Position numbers and translations under genes: made by a program. Shown here piece by piece: positions 53,338 to 62,138 of a stretch of DNA of 64,000 nucleotides. Location of the stretch: contig CBFGJN010000001.1 in assembly GCA_965649115.1 (NCBI GenBank), positions 13,576-77,575 on the forward strand. Reading direction: 5' to 3'. The DNA comes from a candidate division WOR-3 bacterium. GTDB taxonomy: Bacteria; Hydrothermota; Hydrothermia; LBFQ01; DSFT01. Numbering within the stretch: position 1 is the stretch's first letter; each line of letters begins with the position of its first letter. The notes under the pieces are model-generated. The model did not search any database and was not told where the DNA came from. It saw nothing but the letters and a program-made list of their open reading frames with translations.

Positions 53338-53958
53338 ATGCTTGATGTTTTAAAACCTCTTATAACGAATATCAAGAACTTTTTAAAACCACCATTAACA
53401 GCTAATTATCCAATTGAAGTAAGAGAAATTCCAACTCGTTATAGAGGAGGTACATTTGGTCTTAGTGAAGATGAAGAAGGTAATATAAATTGTATAGCCT
53501 GTCTATTGTGTCAAAATATATGTCCATCACAAATTATTACAATTATAAGAGCAGTTGAAGAAAAGGAGTTGCCTGATGGTTCAAAAAAGAAAATTACATA
53601 TCCAAAAGAATTTATATTGGATTTAAATGCTTGTATGAAGTGTGAAATGTGTGTTCAAGTTTGCCCGACAGATGCGATAGTAATGCTTCCAAATATTGAA
53701 GGAGGATATTTTTCAAGAGAAGACTTAATTCTTGATAAGCAGAAGCTCTTGGATAATTGGAGAAAATATAGAATGAGTTCTTGGGCAACAGGAGAAAGTT
53801 TAAGAGCAGAACAAGACCCTAAGAAGAACGAAAATGTTGATGTATCAAGTAAGTCTTTAATTGAAACATCTTCAAAAAATAAAGAGAAATTTATAGAAAT
53901 TATTAAAAGCGCTTCAAAATCAAAGAAAATTAAAAAAATTTTTGATGGAATTGGATAG
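53338..53958 (+). CDS. nuoI: NADH-quinone oxidoreductase subunit I-like 2x[4Fe-4S] protein
   Basis: 'T..YP......P.RYRG', CIACLLCQNICP, CMKCEMCVQVCPTDAI. Confidence 0.82.
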   Translation: MLDVLKPLITNIKNFLKPPLTANYPIEVREIPTRYRGGTFGLSEDEEGNINCIACLLCQNICPSQIITIIRAVEEKELPDGSKKKITYPKEFILDLNACMKCEMCVQVCPTDAIVMLPNIEGGYFSREDLILDKQKLLDNWRKYRMSSWATGESLRAEQDPKKNENVDVSSKSLIETSSKNKEKFIEIIKSASKSKKIKKIFDGIG

Positions 53959-54265
53959 AATTATTCAGTTAATTATTGAAAAAAAAGGTTTTGATATCGT
54001 CATTATTGAACTTAAAGGAATAACGAATATCGCTGATTACTTTATTTTGGCAAGTGGTTGGACACCTGAGCATTTAGTAGCGATTGCTGAAAATATAGAA
54101 AAAGAGTTTGAACCATTTAGAGAAGATGGAAGAGGAAGTAAATGGTTATCTATTGATTATGTTGATATTATTATTCATTTATTTACAAAAGAAGCAAGAG
54201 AATTTTATGACCTTGAAGGATTTTGGATTAAAGCTCCTCAAAAGAAAATTCTTCTTACCTTATAA
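53945..54265 (+). CDS. rsfS: Ribosomal silencing factor
   Basis: 'KKG.DI', 'ADYFILASG', 'W..IDY.DIIIHLF...REFYDLE..W'. Confidence 0.92.
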   Translation: MELDRIIQLIIEKKGFDIVIIELKGITNIADYFILASGWTPEHLVAIAENIEKEFEPFREDGRGSKWLSIDYVDIIIHLFTKEAREFYDLEGFWIKAPQKKILLTL

Positions 54266-56636
54266 TTCCAACGCAAGCTATTAAATCATTTTCAGATAAG
54301 TCTATTAATTTGACTCCTCCTGCATTTCTTGAATATTCTTGTAAATTTGAAATATCTATTCTTAAAGCTATGCCATTTTTTGTAATTATTATTAAATTTT
54401 CATTTTCAAGAAAACTATCTATAACTTCTATTAGAGAGCCTATTTTTTCATTTGATTTTAAAATATAAACACCTTTTGCAGGTCTTTTTAAGGTAGGTAT
54501 TTCACTTTCTTTAACCTTCTTGCCATAGCCTTTACTTGTAATTGTTATAACCTTTGAATTCGGTAATATAATGCAACCTGATATGATATTTTTCCCAATT
54601 GTTCCTTTAACACCACTACCTTTTCTACTTTGAATAGGAATATCACTTTGTTTAATTCTTAACACTTTTCCATCTTCCTTAGCTATTAGTATATCTTCTT
54701 CACCAATAGTAAATAAGCATTTAATTACTTCATCATTTTCTTTCAATTTAATAATATAACTTCCCATTCTACCTTTCAAAACTTCATCTATTCTAACTCT
54801 TTTGATTTTTCCAAATTTCGTTAAAATAACAATAAATTTAGCATCCTCATCTGGTAAAATATCAATGACTTTTTCATTTTCTTTTAATGGCAAAAATTGA
54901 TTTATAGACCTTCCTTTACTTGTTAGACTCATTTCAGGTATTTTGTAAGCCTTCATCCAAAAAATTCTTCCTTTATTCGTTATGAAAAATAATTGGGAAT
55001 GTGTATTACAAACACAAATTTTATATGGAAAGTCATTATCATTCATAGTTATTCCAGTTTTTCCTTTCGTTCCACGATTTTGACTTTTAAAACTTTTTAA
55101 AGACATTCTTTTAATATAACCTCCATTTGTTATTAAAACTACAACATCTTCCTTTTGTATCAAATCCTCAATTTCCAAACTAATTTCATCTTTTTCGCTA
55201 TCTATAATTTTTGTTCTTCTTTTATCTGCAAATTTTTCCTTAATTTTTATTAATTCTTCTTTTATGAGCTTATAAAGTTCATTTTTATCTTTTAACAATT
55301 TTTCATAAGTTTTAACTTCCTCTTCAAGTTGTTTATATTCCTTCAAAATTTTCTCTCTTTCAAGTTTTGTTAAATTTTGAAGTTTAATTTCTAAAATTGC
55401 ATTTACTTGTTCAAGTGTAAATTTAAATTTATTTATAAGTTTTTCCCTTGCACTTTGAACATCTTCACTATTTCTAATTATCTCAATTATTTCGTCTAAA
55501 TTTTCAATTGCTTTTAAAAAACCTTCCAAAACATGCATTCTAAATTTAGCTTTATTTAATCTAAATTTCGTTCTTCTTATTATTACTTCCTCTCTGAATT
55601 TCACAAAAACTTCTATTAGTTCCTTTAAATTAAAAAGTTTAGGTTGGTTATTTAAAATAGCTATCATGTTTATGCTGAATGTATCTTGAAGTTTTGTATG
55701 TTTCATCAATTGATTTAAAACAATTTGTGGTTCATAACCTCTTTTTACTTCAATAACAACTCTCAAACCTTCTTTATCAGATTCATCTCTAATGTCAGAA
55801 ATTCCTTCAATAACTCCTTCTCTTACAAGTTGTGCAATTTTACCAATTAGTTCAGCTTTATTAACAAGATAAGGAATTTCTTTTATTATAATATCTTTTT
55901 CCTCAATTTCATATTTTGCCCTTAATGTTATTTTTCCTTTTCCAGTTTTATATGCATCGTAAATTCCTTTTCTTCCAACAATTATTCCTCCTGTTGGAAA
56001 ATCGGGACCTTTTATAAATTTCAATAATTCTTCAATCGTAATATTTGGATTGTCAATATATGCGATTGTTCCATCAATAATTTCGCCTAAATTATGAGGT
56101 GGAATACTTGTTCCCATACCGACTGCTATTCCAACCGCTCCATTTACCAATAAATTTGGGAAACCAGCAGGTAATAGAACTGGTTCTTTGTACCTTCCAT
56201 CAAAGTTATCAACAAAATCTACAACATCCTCATCTATATTATTTAAAAGTTCTAATGTTATTTTTTCAAGTCTTGCTTCTGTGTATCGGTAAGCTGCTGG
56301 TGGGTCACCATCAATTGAACCAAAATTTCCTTGTCCCTCAATAAGAGGGTATCTCATATGAAAATCTTGGGCAAGTCTAACAAGTGCATCATAAACTGCT
56401 TGGTCACCATGAGGGTGGTACTTTCCTATTACTTCACCAACAACTGTTGCTGATTTTCTAAATGGCCTATTAGGTAATAATCCCATATCGTACATTGCAT
56501 ATAAAATTCTCCTTTGAACGGGTTTTAATCCATCTCTTGCATCAGGTATAGCTCTACTTATAATTACACTTAAAGCATACTTTAAATAACTTTCTTTTAA
56601 CTCTTCTTCAAATTCGGAATTTATAAGTTTATTCAT
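54255..56636 (-). CDS. gyrA: DNA gyrase subunit A
   Basis: '[16 protein letters not shown]', 'HPHGD', '[10 protein letters not shown]', GyrA-box-like QNRGTKG. Confidence 0.93.
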   Translation of the reverse strand: MNKLINSEFEEELKESYLKYALSVIISRAIPDARDGLKPVQRRILYAMYDMGLLPNRPFRKSATVVGEVIGKYHPHGDQAVYDALVRLAQDFHMRYPLIEGQGNFGSIDGDPPAAYRYTEARLEKITLELLNNIDEDVVDFVDNFDGRYKEPVLLPAGFPNLLVNGAVGIAVGMGTSIPPHNLGEIIDGTIAYIDNPNITIEELLKFIKGPDFPTGGIIVGRKGIYDAYKTGKGKITLRAKYEIEEKDIIIKEIPYLVNKAELIGKIAQLVREGVIEGISDIRDESDKEGLRVVIEVKRGYEPQIVLNQLMKHTKLQDTFSINMIAILNNQPKLFNLKELIEVFVKFREEVIIRRTKFRLNKAKFRMHVLEGFLKAIENLDEIIEIIRNSEDVQSAREKLINKFKFTLEQVNAILEIKLQNLTKLEREKILKEYKQLEEEVKTYEKLLKDKNELYKLIKEELIKIKEKFADKRRTKIIDSEKDEISLEIEDLIQKEDVVVLITNGGYIKRMSLKSFKSQNRGTKGKTGITMNDNDFPYKICVCNTHSQLFFITNKGRIFWMKAYKIPEMSLTSKGRSINQFLPLKENEKVIDILPDEDAKFIVILTKFGKIKRVRIDEVLKGRMGSYIIKLKENDEVIKCLFTIGEEDILIAKEDGKVLRIKQSDIPIQSRKGSGVKGTIGKNIISGCIILPNSKVITITSKGYGKKVKESEIPTLKRPAKGVYILKSNEKIGSLIEVIDSFLENENLIIITKNGIALRIDISNLQEYSRNAGGVKLIDLSENDLIACVGIIR

Positions 56637-56674
56637 AAGTTTGAAAATTTTAAAGTTGGATAAGTTTGTTTTTT

Positions 56675-56735
56675 TGCCTTATTTTTCCAACTCACCCTGA
56701 AAGTAAGGCAGAGCCTTGCAATAGTCTTTTAATAA
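56675..56735 (-). mobile_element. Heavily deleted MITE copy
   Basis: TGCCTT end joined to TTTTTCCAACTCACCCTGAAA and AAGGCAGAGCCTT hairpin. Confidence 0.6.
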
Positions 56736-56736
56736 T

Positions 56737-57753
56737 TTAATCATTTCCTTTTATAGATATTATCTTAATAATAGTAATTCCTCTTTTTGTTCTAACGATT
56801 GAAAAAGATAATCCTTTTTCTCTTACCTTAATTTCACTGTTTGAAATTTCTAAATTTTTCCTTGGGAAAACTTCAATAATTTCAAACGATTTGGGAATTT
56901 GCATAGAATTTCTTATAATTATAAAATCTTTATCATCATCTTCCTTATAAGCGTCTCTATGAAACAAAAAAGGAACTTTTCTTTCATCAACTTCCAACAA
57001 ACCAAAACATTTATCATTACAAGTTAAATAATTATTTTCTAATTTGACAGAACCTACAGAATTCAAAATTTTTACATTCTTTCCTTCAACTTTTATTTTA
57101 TCACCAGGTTTTCCAATAATTTCCATAACTTTTGGCTTTATAATAAAAATAACATTTTTATATCCATATATTGTATCGTCTTCATAAGAGAAAAAAACTC
57201 TTGCTATGCCATAATTTAAAGCAACTATTGTATCAGAAGTTATTTTAACTTTATCAGAGGAGCTTGAAATTTTATAACCAATAAAAACTTTTCTTTCATC
57301 TTTTTCCATAACAACTTTATTAGGTAAGGATAAATTTACTTGTTTTTTATTTTTTCTAATAGAGATAATTTTAATTATTCCAAAACCTTCATCAGATTTA
57401 GCAATTAAAATACCATTTCCAGGATTTGTTATGTAAAGTTTATTATTTTTAATAAATCCTATAAATTTTGGTTTTATTTCATATTGATAATTTCCAAAAT
57501 TCAAAAATAAGCTATCTCCAACATTTAAAACCAAACTATCATAAGGCAATTTAATTCTTTTTGTTTTCCTTATGAAAACTGATGTTTTTCCTTTTTCTGT
57601 TATTACGATAATTCTTCCTGGTGCTTTTGCAATAATTTTATTTCCTAAAATATCCGCTTTGTCTGATGGAATAACTTTTAAAACTTTGCTATCAAATGGG
57701 ATTGTATCACCAACAAAACTTTTTATTTCAACTTGAAGAATTATCCACAACAT
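56737..57753 (-). CDS. Hypothetical exported protein, Ig-like repeats
   Basis: Beta-rich repeats such as 'IIAKAPGRIIV'; third gene of the ECF operon. Confidence 0.45.
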   Translation of the reverse strand: MLWIILQVEIKSFVGDTIPFDSKVLKVIPSDKADILGNKIIAKAPGRIIVITEKGKTSVFIRKTKRIKLPYDSLVLNVGDSLFLNFGNYQYEIKPKFIGFIKNNKLYITNPGNGILIAKSDEGFGIIKIISIRKNKKQVNLSLPNKVVMEKDERKVFIGYKISSSSDKVKITSDTIVALNYGIARVFFSYEDDTIYGYKNVIFIIKPKVMEIIGKPGDKIKVEGKNVKILNSVGSVKLENNYLTCNDKCFGLLEVDERKVPFLFHRDAYKEDDDKDFIIIRNSMQIPKSFEIIEVFPRKNLEISNSEIKVREKGLSFSIVRTKRGITIIKIISIKGND

Positions 57754-58156
57754 AAAACTTTATTTCTTTTCTTTCATTATCTTTGATTATTTCTAATCTA
57801 TATTCACCTTCTTTTAGTGTTTCCTCATATATGTAAAAATTGTTTTCTACCTTTGGTTCAATGAATTTTGAATTTATATAAACCTCAATTGGCTCTTTTG
57901 ATATTATTGAAAACTCATCAGGAGCTAAAACTTCACCTTCTTTTGGTCCAACATAATTCAATTCTTCATAGTAGTAATAATTAATTTGTTCGCTTTTGCT
58001 ATTATTTAAAATTAAGAGAAATATAATTATTAAAACTATTAAAAAAACAGGAGAAATTTTCAATAAGCTAAATTTTCTTCTTTTTAGATATGGAATTTTA
58101 TGTAAGTTTTGCTTTAAATCTTCTGGAATTGGTTTCATTTTAACTTTCATAGCCAA
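57728..58156 (-). CDS. Putative anti-sigma factor
   Basis: Single TM, directly after the ECF sigma. Confidence 0.6.
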   Translation of the reverse strand: MAMKVKMKPIPEDLKQNLHKIPYLKRRKFSLLKISPVFLIVLIIIFLLILNNSKSEQINYYYYEELNYVGPKEGEVLAPDEFSIISKEPIEVYINSKFIEPKVENNFYIYEETLKEGEYRLEIIKDNERKEIKFYVVDNSSS

Positions 58157-58649
58157 ACCTCATAATTAAACTTTTAAGTTTTTCTCTTGCTCTATGTAAT
58201 TTTGATTTTATCGTTCCTTCCTTTGTTCCCAAAATTTCAGATATTTCTTTTATATTAAATCCATCTATATAGAAAAGGACCAAGACTCTTCTATAATCCT
58301 CTGGAAGTTTTGATAATAAACTTTCAATCCTTTCAGATAAGTAATAATCTTTACTTTCAAAATCACGATTTTTTTCTTCAAATAAAAATTCAAGTGATAA
58401 TATTCGCTTAATTTTTTTACTTTTTAAATAATTTTTTAGATGATTTTGAGTAATTTTAAAAATCCAAGTTTTAAGACTTGCTTCATTTCTAAAATTATCA
58501 AGACCTTTCCAAATTTTATAAAAAACTTCTTGTGTTAAATCTTTTGCATCTTCCTCATCCAAAACAGTATAGTAAATCATATTATAGACATATTCAGAAT
58601 AATTTTCTATTATAGAGTTAAAAATTTTTATTTTTTCATTCTCGCTCAT
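58140..58649 (-). CDS. ECF RNA polymerase sigma factor (start probably ATG 58649)
   Basis: 'DAKDLTQEVF', 'F...ASLKTWI', 'EISEILG...GTIKSKLHRAR'. Confidence 0.92.
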   Translation of the reverse strand: MSENEKIKIFNSIIENYSEYVYNMIYYTVLDEEDAKDLTQEVFYKIWKGLDNFRNEASLKTWIFKITQNHLKNYLKSKKIKRILSLEFLFEEKNRDFESKDYYLSERIESLLSKLPEDYRRVLVLFYIDGFNIKEISEILGTKEGTIKSKLHRAREKLKSLIMRFGYES

Positions 58650-58734
58650 ATTTAAATTAGACAAATTTTAAAGCTAAAAGGTTGCATTAAAGCATAATAA
58701 ACTCCTTTAAAATTTTTATGCTAAATCATTTTGC

Positions 58735-61056
58735 TTGTTTTCAATTTTAAGGGATAGTTTAAATTTAATAAAAGATACATTTTTATCTTTAAATAGTATT
58801 GTTTTAAATAGTTTTTGGACAAATTCATCAATTTATATTCAAAAAGATAGTAATAAAGTTTTTTTAAGACCATTAGAATTAAATTCAGTTGCTTATTTTG
58901 AAAGAATTCTTTATAATAACCAAAATAAAAACTATTTATATAATTACGATAATAACAATTATGATTTTGAATTTAGTGGCAATGCATTTTGGAAATTTTC
59001 AATTAGTCAAAGTTTGGAGCAAGGGCAAGGTATTTCAGCAATTATAAATGGAAATTATAATGATTATAAAATTTCAGGTGTTATAAAATCACAAGTTCAA
59101 AATAAAACGATTAGTATTGATGAGATTGAGGAGAGTTATTTATTAGTAAAGAATAATAATTTTTCATCAAAATTTGGAACATTCTTATTTAAAAATTTTA
59201 GAATTTTTGGCTTAGATATTAAAAAAAATGATTTATTTGGAACATTTGGTTATGAAAAGGCTCAATGGACAAAAACTGAAATTTATTTAGATGAGAATAA
59301 TAGAGGTCCATATAGATTTTCCAAAAGTTATAATATCGTCTCAGGTTCAGTTAAAGTTTATTTAAATGGCGAAAAACTAAATGAAGATGATTATATTATA
59401 AATTATCAAAGTGGAACAATTACATTTAAGCCAAATGTTATTATTAAAAAAGGTGATAAATTAACTATTGAATATCAATTTTTTGAGCTTGATGGTCAAA
59501 AAGAGCATTTATTTTTTGGTTATAAAAATTTAAATTTATATCAAAGAAGGAAAATTTTAAAATATGAAAGTGATACAATTAAGTTTATTGAATCAGCAGG
59601 TTATTATCCAAGTTATTATAAATCAAATAATGGGAGTTATGTTAAAAAGGATTCAATTTTTGTTTATGTTGGAGAAGGTAAAGGTGATTATGTTGTTAGA
59701 TTTTCTCCGTTTTTAGGAGGTTCTTATAATTTTAATGGAAATTTTTATTACTTTGTAGGTAAAGGTTTTGGAAATTATGAACCTTTGGAATATTATGAAC
59801 CACCTACTATTGAGAGAGAATTAGATATTAGTTTTTTAAACAATCAAATAACGATTTTTGAATTTAATAAAAATTATTATAAGTATAGGTATGGTGATTT
59901 TGATTTTGAGGGAAAAGTTAAATTCAATTATAAAAATTTTGAATTTGGACTTAAAAGAAGGAAGAAATTAATTTCTGATTTTCAAATTGATAATAATTTG
60001 ATGTTTCAAAATTTTGGCAATTATTTATATTTGAAATTTTTCATTTTTGAGCCTTATGTTCTTGATAGTCTTTTTGGTTTTAAAATTAATCATAAAATGT
60101 TTTCGTTTGAAAGTATATCAAATAGAAGAAAATTTCATTTCAATTTGAATAAAGATATTTTTGAGTTTGAATATGACTATTTTTTCATAGATAGTTCATT
60201 TAATAGAATTTCTTTTAAAACGAAAACACCATTTTATCCAATTTATAATTTAAGGATTAAAAGAGATATTGAAAATGAAGTTGGTCTTGGTATTAGTTCT
60301 AATTTTATTAATTTTATAGCGTTTTATAATGTAAATAAACAAAATTATCAATTTAGAGCTTTTAGAAGTTCTTTAAATTTAAGCTTTGATATAAACTATA
60401 TTTTAGAGCCTGATGTTATTTATATTGAAAAGTTCATTTATGTAGGTGAAGGACTTGGTGATTATTCTTATGATGCTAAAAGCAATAGTTATTATAGAGA
60501 TAGTTATGGGAGTTATATTAAGCAAAATTTTCCAATTTATCTCAAAGGAACAAATTCTCAAATAATTGGAAATTTATTATTTAATTATAAAAATTTTAAT
60601 GTTTCAATTTCAAGAAGTAAAGAAAATTTATTTTTTGGAATTTCTTCTGAAAACTTTAATTTCAATTATAGCAAGCAGCTAAATTACGAAGAGCTAAACA
60701 ATAATGTGAGATTTAAAATTTTTACAATAAAGAATAAATATGTTTATCAAGATGAAAGTTTTAATTACTTAAGAAATAGTTTTGGATTTTTGTTTTCAAA
60801 TTTTGATATTGGTTTTGGAATTTATGGCAATAAAACACCATTTTTTTATTTTGAATATAAAAGTTTTTTAAATGTTAGTTTTGAGTATAAGTTCTCCGAT
60901 TATTCTGATTATATTAAAAGTGGTATAGATTTAACTTCTTCAATAAATCGCATTTTTAATTTGAAAAATTATAATGTTATTGTATTTGGAATTTTCGCAT
61001 ATAATAATTTAAGGATAATTAAGAATTTCGGAGTTAATTTAATGTTAAGGCTTTAA
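58735..61056 (+). CDS. Large aromatic-rich outer-membrane protein
   Basis: 'GPYRF...IVSGSVKVYLNGE.L..DDYIINYQSGTITF'; beta-strand pattern; start uncertain. Confidence 0.5.
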   Translation: MFSILRDSLNLIKDTFLSLNSIVLNSFWTNSSIYIQKDSNKVFLRPLELNSVAYFERILYNNQNKNYLYNYDNNNYDFEFSGNAFWKFSISQSLEQGQGISAIINGNYNDYKISGVIKSQVQNKTISIDEIEESYLLVKNNNFSSKFGTFLFKNFRIFGLDIKKNDLFGTFGYEKAQWTKTEIYLDENNRGPYRFSKSYNIVSGSVKVYLNGEKLNEDDYIINYQSGTITFKPNVIIKKGDKLTIEYQFFELDGQKEHLFFGYKNLNLYQRRKILKYESDTIKFIESAGYYPSYYKSNNGSYVKKDSIFVYVGEGKGDYVVRFSPFLGGSYNFNGNFYYFVGKGFGNYEPLEYYEPPTIERELDISFLNNQITIFEFNKNYYKYRYGDFDFEGKVKFNYKNFEFGLKRRKKLISDFQIDNNLMFQNFGNYLYLKFFIFEPYVLDSLFGFKINHKMFSFESISNRRKFHFNLNKDIFEFEYDYFFIDSSFNRISFKTKTPFYPIYNLRIKRDIENEVGLGISSNFINFIAFYNVNKQNYQFRAFRSSLNLSFDINYILEPDVIYIEKFIYVGEGLGDYSYDAKSNSYYRDSYGSYIKQNFPIYLKGTNSQIIGNLLFNYKNFNVSISRSKENLFFGISSENFNFNYSKQLNYEELNNNVRFKIFTIKNKYVYQDESFNYLRNSFGFLFSNFDIGFGIYGNKTPFFYFEYKSFLNVSFEYKFSDYSDYIKSGIDLTSSINRIFNLKNYNVIVFGIFAYNNLRIIKNFGVNLMLRL

Positions 61057-62067
61057 AATCATTTCCCAATTTTTATTTCCATTTAAATCTAAATTTATTA
61101 AATATCCGTCAGTGTAACCATCATTTGAAATTTTTTCTCCTCCAAGCAAAATAGAATTATTAGATAAAAATTTTGCTGTCCATATGCCTTCGGAAAATGT
61201 TTTATACCAATCAATATCTCCATAAATGTTAATTTTTGAAACAAAATTAAAATTGTAAATTAGAAAACTACTGTCATTATTTAATTTGATAATTCCTAAA
61301 ATGCTTTCTGAATTATAAATTTTTGAATAAAGTTCATTCCCTAAACTATCAATTACTAAAAATAATCCTTTGTATTCTCCATTTTGATAAACTGAACCAA
61401 CTATGAAAAATTTATTGTTTAAATATAGTGCATTTTCTAATGTATAATTTGAATTTAAATTTCTTACAATTTTATCTAATTGATTGCCATTTTGGTCAAG
61501 TTTTAGAATTTCAATATATTTTGATTGAGAAGCAGTTTTATATTGAAAGATAAGAATGTTATCATTTATAACATTTGAAAAAATGACATATTCACTATAA
61601 AAAATAGAACCAAAATTTTTATTCCATAATAAATTTCCATCTTTGCTAATTCTTGCTACAAGAAAATCTTTATAATATTGTCCAACAACTAAATAATCAC
61701 CATTTGAAAGTTCACTTACATATTCTAAATAACAACCTGAACAATCAATATCTACTTCAAATTGAAAACTATTATCCTTTGTAAATTTTATAAATTTATT
61801 TCCTGCTAAAACAACAAATCCACTATCACTAACATTTTTTACAATAATTGGTATAACACCTCCAACTGAAAAGAAATTCTGCCAAATAATGTTTCTTTGA
61901 TTATCTAATTTTAAAATCCAAGCATTTTGAGTAGTAAAAGCCCCAATTAAAAGATTGTTATTTATTTCATCAATTGAATAAATAGTCTCACTACTTTCAT
62001 AATTTTTTTCTTTTTTAGAACAAGCAATAATAATAAATACGAAAATTAAAAATTTTAAATTCTGCAT
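61045..62067 (-). CDS. Beta-propeller lipoprotein (start moved to 62067)
   Basis: MQNLKFLIFVFIIIAC lipobox; -10 motif 7 nt upstream; 'LD.NGN..W' blades. Confidence 0.75.
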   Translation of the reverse strand: MQNLKFLIFVFIIIACSKKEKNYESSETIYSIDEINNNLLIGAFTTQNAWILKLDNQRNIIWQNFFSVGGVIPIIVKNVSDSGFVVLAGNKFIKFTKDNSFQFEVDIDCSGCYLEYVSELSNGDYLVVGQYYKDFLVARISKDGNLLWNKNFGSIFYSEYVIFSNVINDNILIFQYKTASQSKYIEILKLDQNGNQLDKIVRNLNSNYTLENALYLNNKFFIVGSVYQNGEYKGLFLVIDSLGNELYSKIYNSESILGIIKLNNDSSFLIYNFNFVSKINIYGDIDWYKTFSEGIWTAKFLSNNSILLGGEKISNDGYTDGYLINLDLNGNKNWEMILKP

Positions 62068-62138
62068 ATTTATAATTTTAAAGCCTATTTTCAGATAAAA
62101 CAAACAATTTATTTACTGAATGATAATACTAAAATCCT

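Noticed and set aside
58718..58750. ATG after the -10 motif as start of the 773-aa gene
   Set aside because: Out of frame; gives only a 10-codon ORF. The true start is unresolved.
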